Below are positions 61,501 through 64,000 of a stretch of DNA of 64,000 bases, one piece after another (position 1 is the first letter of the stretch; each line of letters begins with the position of its first letter). The stretch comes from Novakomyces olei (lineage: Eukaryota), in assembly GCA_016906335.1 (NCBI GenBank), contig JADEYG010000003.1:62001-126000 (forward strand), written 5' to 3'. The translations under genes were made by a program, and so were the position numbers. The notes below the pieces were generated by a model, which searched no databases, had not been told where the DNA came from, and saw only the letters and a list, made by a program, of their open reading frames with translations.

Positions 61501-64000
61501 AGGCAACTTGTTGAATGCGCCTTCTACGGGGTCCACAGGATCTCCCTCCCTGGTAGCAAGCCAAGAGGAGAATAAAGAAGAAGGAACTAAAAAAGAAGCA
61601 AACAAAGAAGGAAATGGGCTACAAGATGGAGAAGATAAGTCGGAAAAGACTGCTTCTCCTCCTCCTCCCCCACCTCCACCTCCACCACCCCCACTTCCAG
61701 ACCTTTCTCGACCAGGAGCTGCTGTAGTCGGCGGCTCAGGCCCTCCGCCTCCGCCTCCACCGCCTCCACCTGTTCCGACAATAACCTCTACTGGCCGGCT
61801 CGTTGTGCCCGGCTTAAATCCGTCGGCCGGAGGTGCAATACCCCCACCCCCACCACCTCCGCCGCCGCCGGGTGGCCCAGCAGCAATAACATCTGCTCCC
61901 GGATCTCGCCTGGCAACACCTAAAACTTCACCGCAAATGGAAAACAACGGTTTTGAAGCAACACCAGGGTCAATTGCAGGTCGGCTAGCAGACGAAACAG
62001 GCCGGGAGCTTCCGATTCTTGATCCTGTTGCCCGATCGATGTTTGCTAAACGGCCAAAGTTAAAACAAATGCACTGGGATAAACTCGATACTGGCACAGA
62101 CTATACAATGTGGTCACAGAACCGAATTGATTCTTCAGAATTGCGAAAGGTCTTACACGATCGTGGAATCTTGGAGCAAATTGACAAGGCTTTTGCCATG
62201 AAAGACGTAAAGGTATTGACCGGCCGCAGAACCCAGCGAAAAGAATTGATGCCTACAGAATTACAGCATATGTTTGGTATTCAATTTCATAGATATGCGC
62301 ATTTATCTGTGGAAGATTTGGTCACAAAGATTCTGCATTGTGATCCCGAAATGGTAGACAATTTTAGTGAGTTTTTGGGTTTGGAAAAATTGCAAAATCA
62401 AGACAAGTTGAAACTGGCGTTGGAGCCTTATCGGACCGATTATCAGAATGGAGGGGCGGTCAAAATTTCAGGCGACAAAGACGTAAATGAACTTGCACGA
62501 TGGGACCATTTTTATGTTAAAACATTTGTTGACTGTGGTCATTACTGGAACAGAAGGCAGCAGGCGCTCACATTTAAAGTACAGCTGGAACGTAATTATG
62601 ACGGCCTACTTGCCCAGATCAGGGCCGTGGAACAGGCTTCGTTGGCGGTGAAAGGCTCAACAAATTTCCGGGAAGTTCTGGAGATCATTCTACACCTCGG
62701 CAATTATATGAACGACACTCCTCGACAGGCTGCCGGGTTCAAATTGACGTCTTTGACGCGACTGCCATTGACTAAAGATGAGAGAAACACGATGAGCTTT
62801 TTACAATTGGTTGAACGGATTGTTCGTCAGCAGTTCCCCCACTTGGAGCAATTTCTGCAAGACCTTTTAGGCCCCGTCGGTGAGGCTTGTCGGGTCAATT
62901 TGGAGAGCTTGCAAACTGAATGCCGTTACCTCAAGACCACATTGACCGTAGTACAGAGGGCAGTTGATACGGGAAGCCTGAGCGATCGATCGGTAATGCA
63001 TCCGCAAGACAAAGTAGTGGATATGCTTGTGCCCTGGCTTCCAGAGGCAGAAGAACAGGTCTCCCGTGTTCAAGCGTTGCATGAATCAATGCTTACAACA
63101 TTTGATAACGTACTGCAATTCTTTGGGGAGCAGCCGACGGACTCTGTAGCACGATCTACGTTCTTCCGTAAATTTGATACGTTTATGACGGACTATAGAA
63201 AGGCTCAAAGGGACAATCTAGCAGCAGAAGAAGATTCAAAGCGTACAGAAATAAGACGCCGAGCCCTCGAAAAGGCGAGCCAAAAAGACATACTCGAGCA
63301 AGCAATGAAATCCGATACTAGGGCCAAAGCAGCGGAAGACGATGCCGTGATGGATAATCTGCTGGCAAAGTTACGCAGTGGTGCTCCTGCCGGACGTAAT
63401 CGGCAATGGCAGCGGAATCGACTTACCGGGTCTTCCTCGGCTCCAGGTGCAGCAGCCAATACAGGCCCGCAAACTTCCGATGACTCTTCGAACGGTGTTT
63501 CTTCACACATTGTTTCGCGGCGAGAAATGCTACCGTCCCAGCGTCTTGTTCCGTCTGCTTCGACTTTGGGGTTTCCAAGAACGGTGTCCAGTTCGTCTAA
63601 TCTTGCAAATAAATTGTCAAATAATCCAACAAAAACGAGCTCCCATCAACATTTGGGTCAAAATTTGAGTACAAAATCAGGGACAAGTGGCAGCTTGAAT
63701 GGAACTTTGGATGAATTGCAACAGGTAAACAGTAGAGATGAAGCAGGCAATGATTCCGGGGCAGACGATCCACAGAATTTACCTTCTACACCTCCGCTTG
63801 CAGACTCGTCTGCTGATTCTTATCGTGAATTATCTACAAAACCCGGCACGTCACCCTTAGTTACCGTGTCGGAACGGAGTAAATCCGCCACTGAAATGCC
63901 TCTCGATCTTTCTGCTAGAGCTCAGTCTATGCTGGAAGGTTTGCGGACGGGTAAAATTGCACGGACACCTCCAATTTCTCCTCACAAAAGCCTGCATCGT
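58583..64000 (+). CDS. Diaphanous-related formin (Bni1/SepA-like); runs off the window
   Basis: GBD (QMMAYPVSKKWTLIHQD), FH3 (LDGRGRLGSLVGASEE), poly-Pro FH1 at ~61.65-61.87 kb, FH2 (KLKQMHWDKL, LGNYMND) and DAD (VMDNLLAKLR). Confidence 0.95.

Overview
Eukaryotic DNA from an intron-containing ascomycete yeast-like fungus. Introns are short GT-AG, and CTG appears to encode Leu. Most of the window is ordinary genes: NOG2 (partial), a Zn2Cys6 transcription factor, copper amine oxidase, a PDR-type ABC transporter, an arrestin-like protein, Cyp40, a UBL-WLM protease, an ALR1-like Mg transporter, VRG4, a phosducin-like protein, a PUF3-like protein, a sugar transporter, a methyltransferase, COG1, CAF16, TDA10, ELP2 and a formin (partial). 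The most interesting part is accessory. An inverted duplicated cassette lies at about 17154-20357 (copy A) and 30811-33035 (copy B). Copy A carries a 3-exon gene that the ORF track misses. It encodes a 202-aa protein with an N-terminal helix, a 7-aa-repeat coiled-coil stalk and a C-terminal domain resembling DUF1773/Mug135, the family of the fission-yeast killer meiotic driver Tdk1. Two tandem homologous ORFs follow that keep only the helix and stalk. In copy B the full-length gene is frameshifted and has lost its C-terminal domain, while one stalk-only ORF remains intact. A third, diverged and decayed paralog with the same intron positions sits at about 8.3-8.8 kb. I propose this as a candidate spore-killer (toxin/antidote) cassette. 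That is inference: family assignments were made by eye, not by database search. A telomere-like TTAGGGTTAGTTAGGGTTA element also recurs in promoters.
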